Source: Halomicronema hongdechloris C2206 (GTDB taxonomy: Bacteria > Cyanobacteriota > Cyanobacteriia > Phormidesmidales > Phormidesmidaceae). Taken from it: a stretch of 32,000 bases of DNA. The translations under genes and the position numbers were made by a program. A model generated the notes under the pieces. It did no database searches and was not told where the DNA came from. It saw nothing but the letters and a program-made list of their open reading frames with translations. Location: contig NZ_CP021983.2 in NCBI RefSeq assembly GCF_002075285.3, forward strand, positions 120,001 through 152,000, read 5' to 3'. Of the stretch, positions 17,601-25,039 are shown one piece after another (the first letter of the stretch is position 1; each line of letters opens with the position of its first letter).

Positions 17601-18096
17601 CACCTACGCCGATCTCAGCTACGCCAGTCTCATCAACGCTGACCTCAGCGGCGTTAACCTCAGCAATGCAGATCTCAGCAATGCAGATCTCAGCAATGCA
17701 GATCTCAGCAATGCCAACCTCAACGAAGCTTTCTTAGGCTCAGTCAAATTCAACCATGCCAATCTTAGCGACGCTAACCTTAGCGACGCTAACCTCATCA
17801 ACGCAGATTTTCAGAATACCGACCTCCATGATGCCAGCCTCCGTAATGCTAATCTCCGCTTCGCCTACTTTTTGTCTACTGATTTAAGGTCAGCTCGAAA
17901 TCTCATAGGTAGTCAGTTAACAGGCAAAAATCAGCCGGATCTGTGCAATGTTCCGCTGCCTCTTGAGATCAACATTAATAAAGATCGAGACTGCGACCTG
18001 TTGCCTCAAAAATTCGACTCATGGGGAGGGTTTGACAATCTTGAAGAGGCCAAAGCCTACGTCGAGGAGGCACGTCAGAAAGTTTGGGAGGAGTAA
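14680..18096 (+). CDS. Caspase (peptidase C14) - STAND P-loop NTPase (nSTAND/NACHT-like) - single hydrophobic helix - pentapeptide-repeat protein, paralogue 1
   Basis: Track ORF of 1138 aa.
- Caspase dyad motifs: LLYFSGHGL (His codon 14952-14954) and [10 protein letters not shown] (15100-15117).
- NTPase: [10 protein letters not shown]...DPNYFYGRQ, Walker [18 protein letters not shown] (about 15574-15600) and Walker [13 protein letters not shown] (15841-15876).
- Hydrophobic helix [20 protein letters not shown] (about 16825-16887).
- About 55 contiguous A(D/N)LSx units (17068-17904).
- Conserved tail [19 protein letters not shown]...[19 protein letters not shown]. Confidence 0.85.
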   Translation: MSRNALIVGINPYHHLTPLKAPATDAEAIAQRLEGEGEFRVKRLPEVVPDGKPTVSQQAVVTLAELKKALVELFNPGGNQYPDTALLYFSGHGLRDQSGIVEGYLASSDADPEREFFGLSLTWLRRLLEESPVRQQIIWLDCCHSGALLDFAEADPGDRGGGRDRNFIAASRNFELAYEDLGSDHSVLTRALLEGLDPGRLGDRWVTNLSLTDFITETLKRELQTPICNNSGEPINLTRRWQATAETTATVEDTGICPYKGLSYFDWNSDDPNYFYGRQTLTDELLDHVRTDNFLAITGASGSGKSSVLRAGLLHQLQQGRRIFGSDRWEIRLFLPGDNPCQNLAAAFIDEGITHIERAEQQGKAEALIKEGADGLRRLVQTTTAPRVVLVVDQFEEVFTLCQDAAERTQFFATLLGALEHCGDKLCLIPAMRADFVGRCFEQDYSGLAQQVQDHLVAVKPMSREELTQAIEKPAQRVGLAIEPELVTTLLNDVETSPGGLPLMQYTLRELWNRRQENTLELKTYTQLAASPGTLKQRADEVYEGFSSDKQATGPPYFLEPDPAGRRHRRHPPACGQEQFGDGKHPEPLIDEVVKCLADANLVVTSELVGKGGREQGGGNRERVAIVDVAHEALIRNWPRLRRWLEGDRDLLMQQRKIELAADEWTTQNQRNTYLLEGHMLSDALAFCKKHGQELPISNQAEVLLNRSLRQRRVNWLKLSSVLILPLTLAYFILEPTIRRGRIQEARAQIRQKGPGTREAVEYVVRGCPMHKKLGNSLIPASVVSTIFGDCINLYSYDLSSADLSTANLSGADLSGADLSSANLSSANLSSANLSGADLSNANLSNANLYSSDLNEAGLYSANLSEADLSGADFNSANLSSADLHNAELYAAVLKNASLHDAKLNDANLSYANLHSVDLRNADLSNARLHSADLRFAFLRSADLSNSNLRSADLRQAYFHYANFDSAFLRSANFTYADLSYASLINADLSGVNLSNADLSNADLSNADLSNANLNEAFLGSVKFNHANLSDANLSDANLINADFQNTDLHDASLRNANLRFAYFLSTDLRSARNLIGSQLTGKNQPDLCNVPLPLEININKDRDCDLLPQKFDSWGGFDNLEEAKAYVEEARQKVWEE
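17068..17904 (+). repeat. Coding pentapeptide-repeat array (about 55 x 15 nt, no register break) with perfect 15-nt tandem copies
   Basis: Peptide counted in fives from YDLSS to TDLRS. At the DNA level GCGCTAACCTCAGCA occurs x3 at 17141-17185 (the last copy differs at 1 nt) and AATGCAGATCTCAGC occurs x3 perfectly at 17665-17709. Confidence 0.9.
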
Positions 18097-18170
18097 AAAA
18101 GGGAAAGCAGCAGCAAGGTAACGAGGAGAGAGGACGCTTTAATTTCTCCGAAAATACAACTCTCTCCCTG

Positions 18171-18183
18171 TAGTCTATGACTA
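18171..18183. promoter_or_regulatory. Second copy of the TAGTC-TAT-GACTA inverted repeat upstream of paralogue 2
   Basis: Identical 13-mer and flanks (CCTGTAGTCTATGACTAA) as at 14631-14648. The motif TCCGAAAA also precedes both copies (14611-14618 and 18147-18154). Confidence 0.3.
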
Positions 18184-18209
18184 ACCCCTAGGCCCCCTAG
18201 GCATCCACG

Positions 18210-21086
18210 ATGAGTCGCAACGCTCTGATCGTCGGCATCAACCCCTACCACCATCTCACCTCCCTCAAAGCCCCCGCCACCGACGCCGAGGCGATCGCCC
18301 AGCGGCTAGAGCAAGACGGCGACTTCAAAGTCACCCGCCTGCCCGAGCGCATCCAACCCGGCGACGTGAATCAGCCGGTGATGGCTGAAACCCAGACCAT
18401 CACTCAGACTCAGCTAGAACAGGCGCTGAAGCAACTCTTTCTACCCAAAAGCACTCAACTCCCTGAAACGGCTCTGTTTTACTTCTCTGGTCATGGGATT
18501 GCTGACGAAGAAGGCTTCTACAAAGGCTACCTGGCCACCAGCGACACCCACCCCGACCGGCCCCGCTCTGGCCTCTCCCTGCGCTGGCTCCAGTGGCTGC
18601 TCTCCGAGAGCCCGATCCCGCAGCAGATCATCTGGCTCGACTGCTGTCACAGCGGCTCCATCATCGTCGACGTGGGGGCCGCCAACCCCGGCAACAGCGC
18701 CAGCCGCGATCGCTGCTTCATTGCCTCCTCCCGCGACTTCGAGCGATCGTGGGAAGACCTCAACAGCCCCTACAGCACCCTCACCAAAGCCCTACTGGAT
18801 GGCCTCGACCCGACCAAATCACCGGGGCGCTGGGTGAATACGGCGGACCTGGTGGCCCATGTGCATCAGGCCCTGACCGGAGAGCTGCAGACCCCGGTCT
18901 GCACCAACTTTGGCGAGGCGATTAACCTCACCCGCAGCTGGCAGGTGCCGGTGGAGCGGGCGGAGGGGGCGATCGCCACCGACATCTGCCCCTACAAAGG
19001 GCTGGAGTTCTTCGACTGCAACGACGAAGACCCCAAATACTTCTTCGGTCGAGAACAGCTGGTGAGTCAGCTGCTGGACCACGTGCGGACCCGCCCCTTC
19101 CTGGCCCTGGTGGGGGCCTCCGGTAATGGCAAGTCCTCCGTGCTGCGGGCCGGACTGCTGCACCAGCTCAAGCTGGGACGCCGGATCGCCGGTAGCGACC
19201 AGTGGCGCATCTGCCTCACCCGCCCGGACCGGCAGCCGATGAAAAACCTGGCCCTGGCCTTTGTAGAGGAAGGGCTCTCGGATCTGGACCGGGCCGAGGC
19301 CCTGGGCAAGGCCGAAGGCCTGCTGGGGGAAGGCAGCGCCGGGCTACAGCGCCTGGTGCAGGCCTCCAGCGCCCCCGGGGTGATTCTGGTGATTGACCAG
19401 TTTGAGGAGGTGTTTACCCGCTGCCAGAACCCAGCGGAGCGGGAACAGTTCTTCGCCTGCCTGATGGGGGCCGTCGCCGATACCACCGACAAGCTCTGCG
19501 TAGTGATTGCCATGCGGGCCGACTTCGTGGGCAAAATGCCTGGAGCGCACGAATACAGCGGCCTAGCCCAGCAGGTGCAGACCCACATGGTCAGCGTGCT
19601 GCCCCTGAAGCCCGAGGAACTCGAAGCTGCCATCTGCAAACCCGCCGAGCAGGTGAATTTGAGCGTCGAGCCCGCCCTGGTGACCGAAATCTTGAACGAC
19701 ATCGACGGTGCCCCCGGCAGCCTGCCCCTGCTGCAGTACACCCTCAAAGCTCTGTGGCAGCAGCGCCAGGGCAACACCCTGCAGCTCGCCACCTACCAGG
19801 CCCTGGGCGGCATCAGCGGCACCCTCGACAAGCGAGCCACCAAGGTTTATGAGAGCTTCGACCCCGACCAGCAGCGCACCGTGCAGCATGTGTTTCAGCA
19901 GCTGACCCAGCTGGGAGAAGGCACCGAAGACACCCGCCGCCGCGTGTTTTTAGACAACCTGATCGCCGAGCCCCTGCATCCCGCCGACCGGGTGAAGACC
20001 GTAATCGAGACCCTGACCGACCCCGACAACCGGCTGCTAGTAACCAGCGAAGTAGTAGGCAAAGGACAAGCGGCAGAACGACGGGCGATCGTCGATGTCG
20101 CCCACGAAGCCCTAATCCGCCACTGGCGACTCCTGCGACAGTGGATCGAACAAAACCGCGACCTGCTCAGACAGCAGCGCCGCATCGAAGCCAGCGCCGT
20201 CACCTGGCAGGAACGGGAGAAAGCGAAGGGATACCTGCTGCAGGGCCTGCCGCTGATTGAGGCGATGCAGTTTCAAAAACGGCGGGCGGATACCTTTCCA
20301 CTGTCGGATGCAGCGAAAGCGTTTATTCAGAAAAGCCGGCAACAGCGGAACTGGGATCGGCTCAAGACCGCCAGCTGGCTGATTATTCCGGCCCTGGTAC
20401 TGATTCCTGTGGTGGAACACAGCCTTCGCCAGAGCCGGATTGAAGCCAACTTGGATCGCATAACAGAGCAAGAAGGCACTATTGCTGAGCGCCGCGCCCT
20501 GCAGGAACTTGTGGCCGGGTGCGCTGAACAGCGATCAATGAATTGGCTGCCTACGTACATTACAGAACGGCTGTTTGGCAACTGTCATCCCCTCTGGGAA
20601 GCTCCACTAGAAAACGCCAACCTCAGCAACGCCGACCTCAGCTACGCTGACCTCATCACTGCTGACCTCAGCGGTGCCAGTCTCATGAACACCGACCTCA
20701 GCTACGTCGAACTCAGCGGCGCCAACCTCAGCTCCGTCGACCTCAGTGATGCCGACCTCAGCGACGCTAACCTCATCGCCGCCGATCTCCGCTACGCCTT
20801 CCTCAGTAACACCGACCTTAGTGATGCCGACCTCGGCGCTGCTAACCTCAGCGAGGCCATATTTTTTGGCCTGGATTTACAAGCAGCTCAACATCTATCT
20901 GTTGATCAGCTGCAGGGGGAAAACCCTCCCTATCTCTGCAATGCTTCGCTGCCAACTGATATCCAGATTGACAAAGACCGAGACTGCGATCAGCTGCCTC
21001 AAGTATTTGTCGATAGAGGATGGTTCAATAACCTCGAAGAGGCCAAAGCCCTTGTTGAGGAGCTGCGGCAGAAGACTTGGGATTAA
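18210..21086 (+). CDS. Caspase (peptidase C14) - STAND P-loop NTPase - single hydrophobic helix - pentapeptide-repeat protein, paralogue 2
   Basis: Track ORF of 958 aa with the same architecture: [29 protein letters not shown]...DPKYFFGRE, Walker [18 protein letters not shown], Walker B VILVIDQFEEVF, helix TASWLIIPALVLIPVV (about 20367-20415), about 19 pentapeptide units (20613-20897), and tail LCNASLPTDIQIDKDRDCD...NLEEAKALVEELRQKTWD. Confidence 0.85.
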   Translation: MSRNALIVGINPYHHLTSLKAPATDAEAIAQRLEQDGDFKVTRLPERIQPGDVNQPVMAETQTITQTQLEQALKQLFLPKSTQLPETALFYFSGHGIADEEGFYKGYLATSDTHPDRPRSGLSLRWLQWLLSESPIPQQIIWLDCCHSGSIIVDVGAANPGNSASRDRCFIASSRDFERSWEDLNSPYSTLTKALLDGLDPTKSPGRWVNTADLVAHVHQALTGELQTPVCTNFGEAINLTRSWQVPVERAEGAIATDICPYKGLEFFDCNDEDPKYFFGREQLVSQLLDHVRTRPFLALVGASGNGKSSVLRAGLLHQLKLGRRIAGSDQWRICLTRPDRQPMKNLALAFVEEGLSDLDRAEALGKAEGLLGEGSAGLQRLVQASSAPGVILVIDQFEEVFTRCQNPAEREQFFACLMGAVADTTDKLCVVIAMRADFVGKMPGAHEYSGLAQQVQTHMVSVLPLKPEELEAAICKPAEQVNLSVEPALVTEILNDIDGAPGSLPLLQYTLKALWQQRQGNTLQLATYQALGGISGTLDKRATKVYESFDPDQQRTVQHVFQQLTQLGEGTEDTRRRVFLDNLIAEPLHPADRVKTVIETLTDPDNRLLVTSEVVGKGQAAERRAIVDVAHEALIRHWRLLRQWIEQNRDLLRQQRRIEASAVTWQEREKAKGYLLQGLPLIEAMQFQKRRADTFPLSDAAKAFIQKSRQQRNWDRLKTASWLIIPALVLIPVVEHSLRQSRIEANLDRITEQEGTIAERRALQELVAGCAEQRSMNWLPTYITERLFGNCHPLWEAPLENANLSNADLSYADLITADLSGASLMNTDLSYVELSGANLSSVDLSDADLSDANLIAADLRYAFLSNTDLSDADLGAANLSEAIFFGLDLQAAQHLSVDQLQGENPPYLCNASLPTDIQIDKDRDCDQLPQVFVDRGWFNNLEEAKALVEELRQKTWD
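20613..20897 (+). repeat. Coding pentapeptide-repeat array (about 19 units) of paralogue 2
   Basis: Peptide counted in fives: [95 protein letters not shown]. Confidence 0.85.
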
Positions 21087-21087
21087 G

Positions 21088-21128
21088 AAGGGCAGGGGGG
21101 CAAGGGGGCAAGGGGGCAGGGGAGCAAG
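21088..21128. repeat. G-rich octamer tandem repeat (GGGGGCAA-like x5) just after the paralogue 2 stop
   Basis: Direct reading: AAGGGCAG GGGGGCAA GGGGGCAA GGGGGCAG GGGAGCAA. Confidence 0.85.
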
Positions 21129-21289
21129 CTTTCTCCCTTCGAGAGACGCAAAGCGAACGACTCCGCTCAGCTAGCGAAGTGGCGCAGTGCCAAAGGTAGA
21201 AGAGATGAGAAGTGCAAAATTCAAAATTTTCAATCCCTTGGCGTGCCTTACTCAACTACGCTTAAAAAACGCGAAATCGCCCCAAAACC

Positions 21290-21526
21290 ATGAGTCCCCT
21301 ACTCCAGCAAATCCTGCAAGAGATTGATCAGCTACCCCTGGATGAGCAAATGCAGGTGCTCGAATACGCCGTCGGCAAAGTCAAGCGACAACTGCTGGTG
21401 AGTGAACTCCAACAGCGCTGGAGCGACCTCAAAGGCATTGCCCCCTATCCGCTGCTCGGAGAAGGCGCCCAGGCCTGGGTTAGCAGCACCCGCCGAGGAA
21501 ACGATAGTCACTGTTCAAAATGCTGA
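21290..21526 (+). CDS. Small antitoxin-like protein (DUF2281-like N-terminus), first gene of a coupled three-gene cassette
   Basis: Track ORF of 78 aa. MSPLLQQILQEIDQLPLDEQMQVLEY and WSDLKGIAPYPLLGEGAQAWVS resemble small cyanobacterial type II antitoxin-like proteins. It overlaps the next gene by 7 nt (ATGCTGA, 21520-21526). Confidence 0.5.
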   Translation: MSPLLQQILQEIDQLPLDEQMQVLEYAVGKVKRQLLVSELQQRWSDLKGIAPYPLLGEGAQAWVSSTRRGNDSHCSKC

Positions 21527-21975
21527 CCCAGGCAGAATTTGATCAAATCCTCGATGATCCCTCAAAGCGCATCGACGGCGACATTACCTGGACCAACAGC
21601 AACAATACCCTCTGGAGCCAATTCCGCGCCGACATCATCACCAGCAGTGATCACGACCTTTTCATTCAAGGCAGCTACAATCCCGTCATCCCAGCTCTGA
21701 GCTACATCCTGATCTACCCCGCCGCAGGCTGCCGCATCTATGGCCTTGACCTAGGCAAAGATCACCGCAACCCCGATGGTCGCCTCGTAGGCGAAACCCA
21801 CAAACATAGCTGGACAGAAACCTTCCGCGACAAACAAGCCTATGCTCCACCCGACATTACCGCCCCTGCCAGCAACCCTGTCGAAGTATGGCAACAGTTT
21901 TGCCAGGAAGCTCGCATCACCCATAATGGCATCATGGCCCCGCCGTCGGACTCACAGCTAGACCTGTTCCTATGA
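21520..21975 (+). CDS. Hypothetical protein with His-rich motif (DHRNPDGRLVGETHKHSW)
   Basis: Track ORF of 151 aa. It has start/stop overlaps on both sides (ATGCTGA upstream, ATGA at 21972-21975 downstream). I cannot name a family with confidence. Confidence 0.5.
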   Translation: MLTQAEFDQILDDPSKRIDGDITWTNSNNTLWSQFRADIITSSDHDLFIQGSYNPVIPALSYILIYPAAGCRIYGLDLGKDHRNPDGRLVGETHKHSWTETFRDKQAYAPPDITAPASNPVEVWQQFCQEARITHNGIMAPPSDSQLDLFL

Positions 21976-22745
21976 CCACCGCCCTCTGCCAACACGTTGC
22001 AGAAACCATCGGACAGCTCTACGACTGCGCCGAAATCAACAATGGCTTTATCCGAATTCGGACCCCCTATCTCTACCCCGACGGCGACATCATCGACCTC
22101 TACTGGAAAGAAAAAGACGGTCAGCAAATCCTTACCGATCTCGGCGAAACCCTCCGCTGGCTTGATGGCCAGACCGCCAACCAAAAACTCTCCAAGCGGC
22201 AAACCCAGGCCCTAGAAGATATTCGCCTTACCCACGGCATCGAACTCTATCGCGGCACCCTCACCCTGCGCATTCCCTCCGATGCTTCCCTGGCCGATGG
22301 CCTTACCCGCCTGGCCCAGGCTGCCCTGCGCACGGCTGATCTATGGTTTCTCTCTAGAACCCGGACCACTAGCTCCATCACCGACGACGTTGCCGAATTT
22401 CTCTCAGAGAAGCGCATCCGTTTCGAGCAGGACCAAACCTTGTTAGGCCGCTCTGGTCGCGCCCTGAAAATCGACTTTCAAACCTGGCATCCGCGACGCA
22501 CCTCCTTTGTAGAAGTGCTTAGCACCGGCAGCAAAGCCGCCGCTAACCAAAAGGCCAACAACGTCCTGGCCACCTGGTATGACCTATCGCAATACAAAGT
22601 TAGCGACCAGCCTATTCGCTTTGTTTCACTCTTTGACGATACCCTCGACGTCTGGAGCAGCGAAAACTTCAGCCTGCTGCAAGAATTTTCAGACATCGCC
22701 TACTGGTCGCGTCCCGATGAATTCGCCGAGTTGCTGGTGGCCTAA
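21972..22745 (+). CDS. DUF1828/DUF1829-like protein
   Basis: Track ORF of 257 aa. The N-terminal FIRIRTPYLYPDGDIIDLYWKEKDGQQILTDLGETLRWL matches my memory of the DUF1828 pattern (beta-hairpin ...PDGD.I.LY... L.D.G.T). The remainder has a length consistent with DUF1829. Confidence 0.5.
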   Translation: MTTALCQHVAETIGQLYDCAEINNGFIRIRTPYLYPDGDIIDLYWKEKDGQQILTDLGETLRWLDGQTANQKLSKRQTQALEDIRLTHGIELYRGTLTLRIPSDASLADGLTRLAQAALRTADLWFLSRTRTTSSITDDVAEFLSEKRIRFEQDQTLLGRSGRALKIDFQTWHPRRTSFVEVLSTGSKAAANQKANNVLATWYDLSQYKVSDQPIRFVSLFDDTLDVWSSENFSLLQEFSDIAYWSRPDEFAELLVA

Positions 22746-23119
22746 CGCTGGCAAACAGTGCATCGCTGCGCGGATGCACCCTACGGCTAGCTATTGGCTG
22801 ACGACGGTTATCACCAGGATTGCCCCTAGGGACCAACGGGATCTATATCCGGTTACCCAGTGCAACCATAACCCGATTCCTAACCGGGCTTATGGGTCCT
22901 CTAGGGGGAGCACTGGTTAGGGTTGAATCTGAGTTAGAGATGATTTGCACCCTTCATGAAAGGCAGTCACATCAGCCTTCCAACATGACATGGTCAAACC
23001 GTGGCAGAGAGCTGCAGGTCTGACCAGAAGGGGGATGGACTGCTCCCTGAGATTCCCTGTGCAAATTAACTCTTAGAAGGTACATAGCCTTCAGCTCAAG
23101 CAGCTATCTACTTAACACT

Positions 23120-24271
23120 ATGGTTAACGTTCGCAGACTGCCAAAAATCAGCCGTTGGCTGGGCATCGTCCTATGTGCCGGCGTGCTGACCCTGGGCATT
23201 GGACTGGCGCAGGCAGCCTCTTCCTTTTACTGGGATGCCATCACTGTAGATCTGGTCCTACAGCCCAATGGCGACTTACTGGTCAGCGAAACTCAAACAT
23301 ACACCTTCACCGCCGATCACACCGAACAGCGCTATCGCTATATCCCGCTGGATCGAGTTGACCAGATTACCGATGTCGAAGTGTACGAGGGTGACGAGCG
23401 GCTCGCCGCCCAGACCGGCATCGAAGATAACAACTACTGGATTCGCTGGCGGCATGATCTCGAGGCTCCAGAATCCCATACCTTTGAGATCAAATATCGG
23501 GTCATTGGTAGCGTTCGTGACCAGGGCGAGTCTCGGCAAATCCATTGGCGGGCTCTATTTCCAGACCGCCATGCCGACATCAAACAGGGCAAGGTCACGG
23601 TGCAGGTACCAGAGGCTGTGGCCGGAGACCTAACCCGCTTCCAGAGTGCCGGTGTCGACGCTAGTAAAACCCGCATCAACCCTACGACGGTTGAATTTGC
23701 CGTTAACCAGCCCTTGGAACCGCAGCAGTTTCTGGATGTTAAACTCAGCTTTCCTGCTGACATTCTTAACCTAGAGACCCCCGAGTGGCAGCGCACTGGT
23801 TCTGGGCAAGACTCCTTGCCATTGCAAACTATCGATGTCAGCACCCTCTGGCAAAACCCGCAGTTTAGGCAGGGCTTCTGGCAATGGTTGGGGTTCATGG
23901 TAATCATCACCAGCCTAGGACTGCTGATTTATAGTTGCATCAAACGCTGTCCCGGTTGCGGCTGGCCTACCTTGCGACGCACTCAGCGGGTATCGCAACC
24001 GCCCACTCGCAAACGAGAGGGACGACGGGAAATCCATGATTCTTGCGATCGCTGCGGCTACTCCCGCACCCACTACCGGGCGATTGCGCAGCTGCCAGCC
24101 TATTCCTATGCCAAAAAATCCAGATCCCGCTCTAGGGGTTATTACGGTGGCGGCGTTAGCGGCTACGGTGGCTTTGGCGGCGGTGGTTTCGGCGGTGGCG
24201 GCGGTGCTGGCGGCGGTGGTGGTGCCAGCGGCGGTGGCGGTGGTGCCAGCGGTGGTGGCGGTGGCGGTTAA
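23120..24271 (+). CDS. DUF2207-like membrane protein with cytoplasmic CxxC...CxxC zinc-ribbon insert and poly-Gly tail
   Basis: Track ORF of 383 aa. It has a signal/anchor (ISRWLGIVLCAGVLTLGIGLAQA) and a DUF2207-like start (FYWDAITVDLVLQPNGDLLVSETQTYTF), followed by TM helix WLGFMVIITSLGLLIYSCI. Then come CPGCGWPTLRRTQ...CDRCGYSRTH and a C-terminal GGFGGGGFGGGGGAGGGGGASGGGGGASGGGGGG. Confidence 0.6.
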   Translation: MVNVRRLPKISRWLGIVLCAGVLTLGIGLAQAASSFYWDAITVDLVLQPNGDLLVSETQTYTFTADHTEQRYRYIPLDRVDQITDVEVYEGDERLAAQTGIEDNNYWIRWRHDLEAPESHTFEIKYRVIGSVRDQGESRQIHWRALFPDRHADIKQGKVTVQVPEAVAGDLTRFQSAGVDASKTRINPTTVEFAVNQPLEPQQFLDVKLSFPADILNLETPEWQRTGSGQDSLPLQTIDVSTLWQNPQFRQGFWQWLGFMVIITSLGLLIYSCIKRCPGCGWPTLRRTQRVSQPPTRKREGRREIHDSCDRCGYSRTHYRAIAQLPAYSYAKKSRSRSRGYYGGGVSGYGGFGGGGFGGGGGAGGGGGASGGGGGASGGGGGG

Positions 24272-24417
24272 GACCTGATCACCCTCGAGTAAAGTGCTCT
24301 TACGTTGCTGCTACGGGTATCTAACCTTAAAGTCTTGGCCAACCTGCTTCTATATCATCTGGGCTAGCGGTCTGCCTGTGGCAGCATGAAAATGTTGCTG
24401 ATACTCCTTGGGTCACC

Positions 24418-25035
24418 ATGGCTGACTCTGAAACATCTGGATCCCGCTTACGTTCCGCCACAGAATTTCCCAAAACTGTCAGGCACTTGGAACCAGCCGA
24501 GGCGGAGAGTCTTTACGAAGAGATGCGTAGGTGCTTGATTTTCACGAATCGCAGTCGTTCTCAATTGCTGCGCCGCAATGAAGAGCACAAGGCTAAGACC
24601 GCTTTAGTCAAACAGGATGTGCAGCGTTTGCAAGGCATCATCCAGCGATTAACCACCGAGAAACAGACCATTTCCCGAGAGAATCAGCACACTATCCAGG
24701 CCCTAGAGGCAGAAATGACAACGATGGCCACTCACCTAGATGAGCTGTCTAAAGCCTTCGATACCGTAGCTGATGTGGCTGCATCGCGACCTCCCCAATG
24801 GGGCGTGATTTCTTTGCCTGCGCGATTCTTTTGTTTTTTAAGAGCAGTACAAGCCATTGTCCTTTGGTGGCGTGATGATCGCCCCGATTTGCCTCCCTCT
24901 GAGAATTCCGTATCATCGCAGACTCTCTTACCCAGCAGTAATCCGGATAATCGCCATCACAGCGACGATCGTCGGGATCGTCCTCAGATGTATGATGACC
25001 CTGCCTCTAGAAATCGTTCACTGTTAGACCGTTAG
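24418..25035 (+). CDS. Hypothetical coiled-coil protein with one hydrophobic segment
   Basis: Track ORF of 205 aa. It has a heptad-like stretch (KTALVKQDVQRLQGIIQRLTTEKQTISRENQHTIQALEAEMTTMATHLDELSKAF), a hydrophobic segment WGVISLPARFFCFLRAVQAIVLWW, and a polar tail. The next gene starts 4 nt after its stop. Confidence 0.45.
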   Translation: MADSETSGSRLRSATEFPKTVRHLEPAEAESLYEEMRRCLIFTNRSRSQLLRRNEEHKAKTALVKQDVQRLQGIIQRLTTEKQTISRENQHTIQALEAEMTTMATHLDELSKAFDTVADVAASRPPQWGVISLPARFFCFLRAVQAIVLWWRDDRPDLPPSENSVSSQTLLPSSNPDNRHHSDDRRDRPQMYDDPASRNRSLLDR

Positions 25036-25039
25036 AGTC

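Noticed and set aside
17486-17801. Off-frame ORFs 17486..17737 (+) and 17619..17801 (-) within the pentapeptide array.
   Set aside because: They are repeat-induced open frames. The A(D/N)LSx frame is continuous with the upstream domains.
22960-23035. Short matches to the MITE-like element (CCTTCCAA...CATGGTC and TGACCAGAAG), considered as a third, rearranged copy.
   Set aside because: The matching words occur in a different order from the element, and the terminal inverted repeats are absent. This is likely coincidence.
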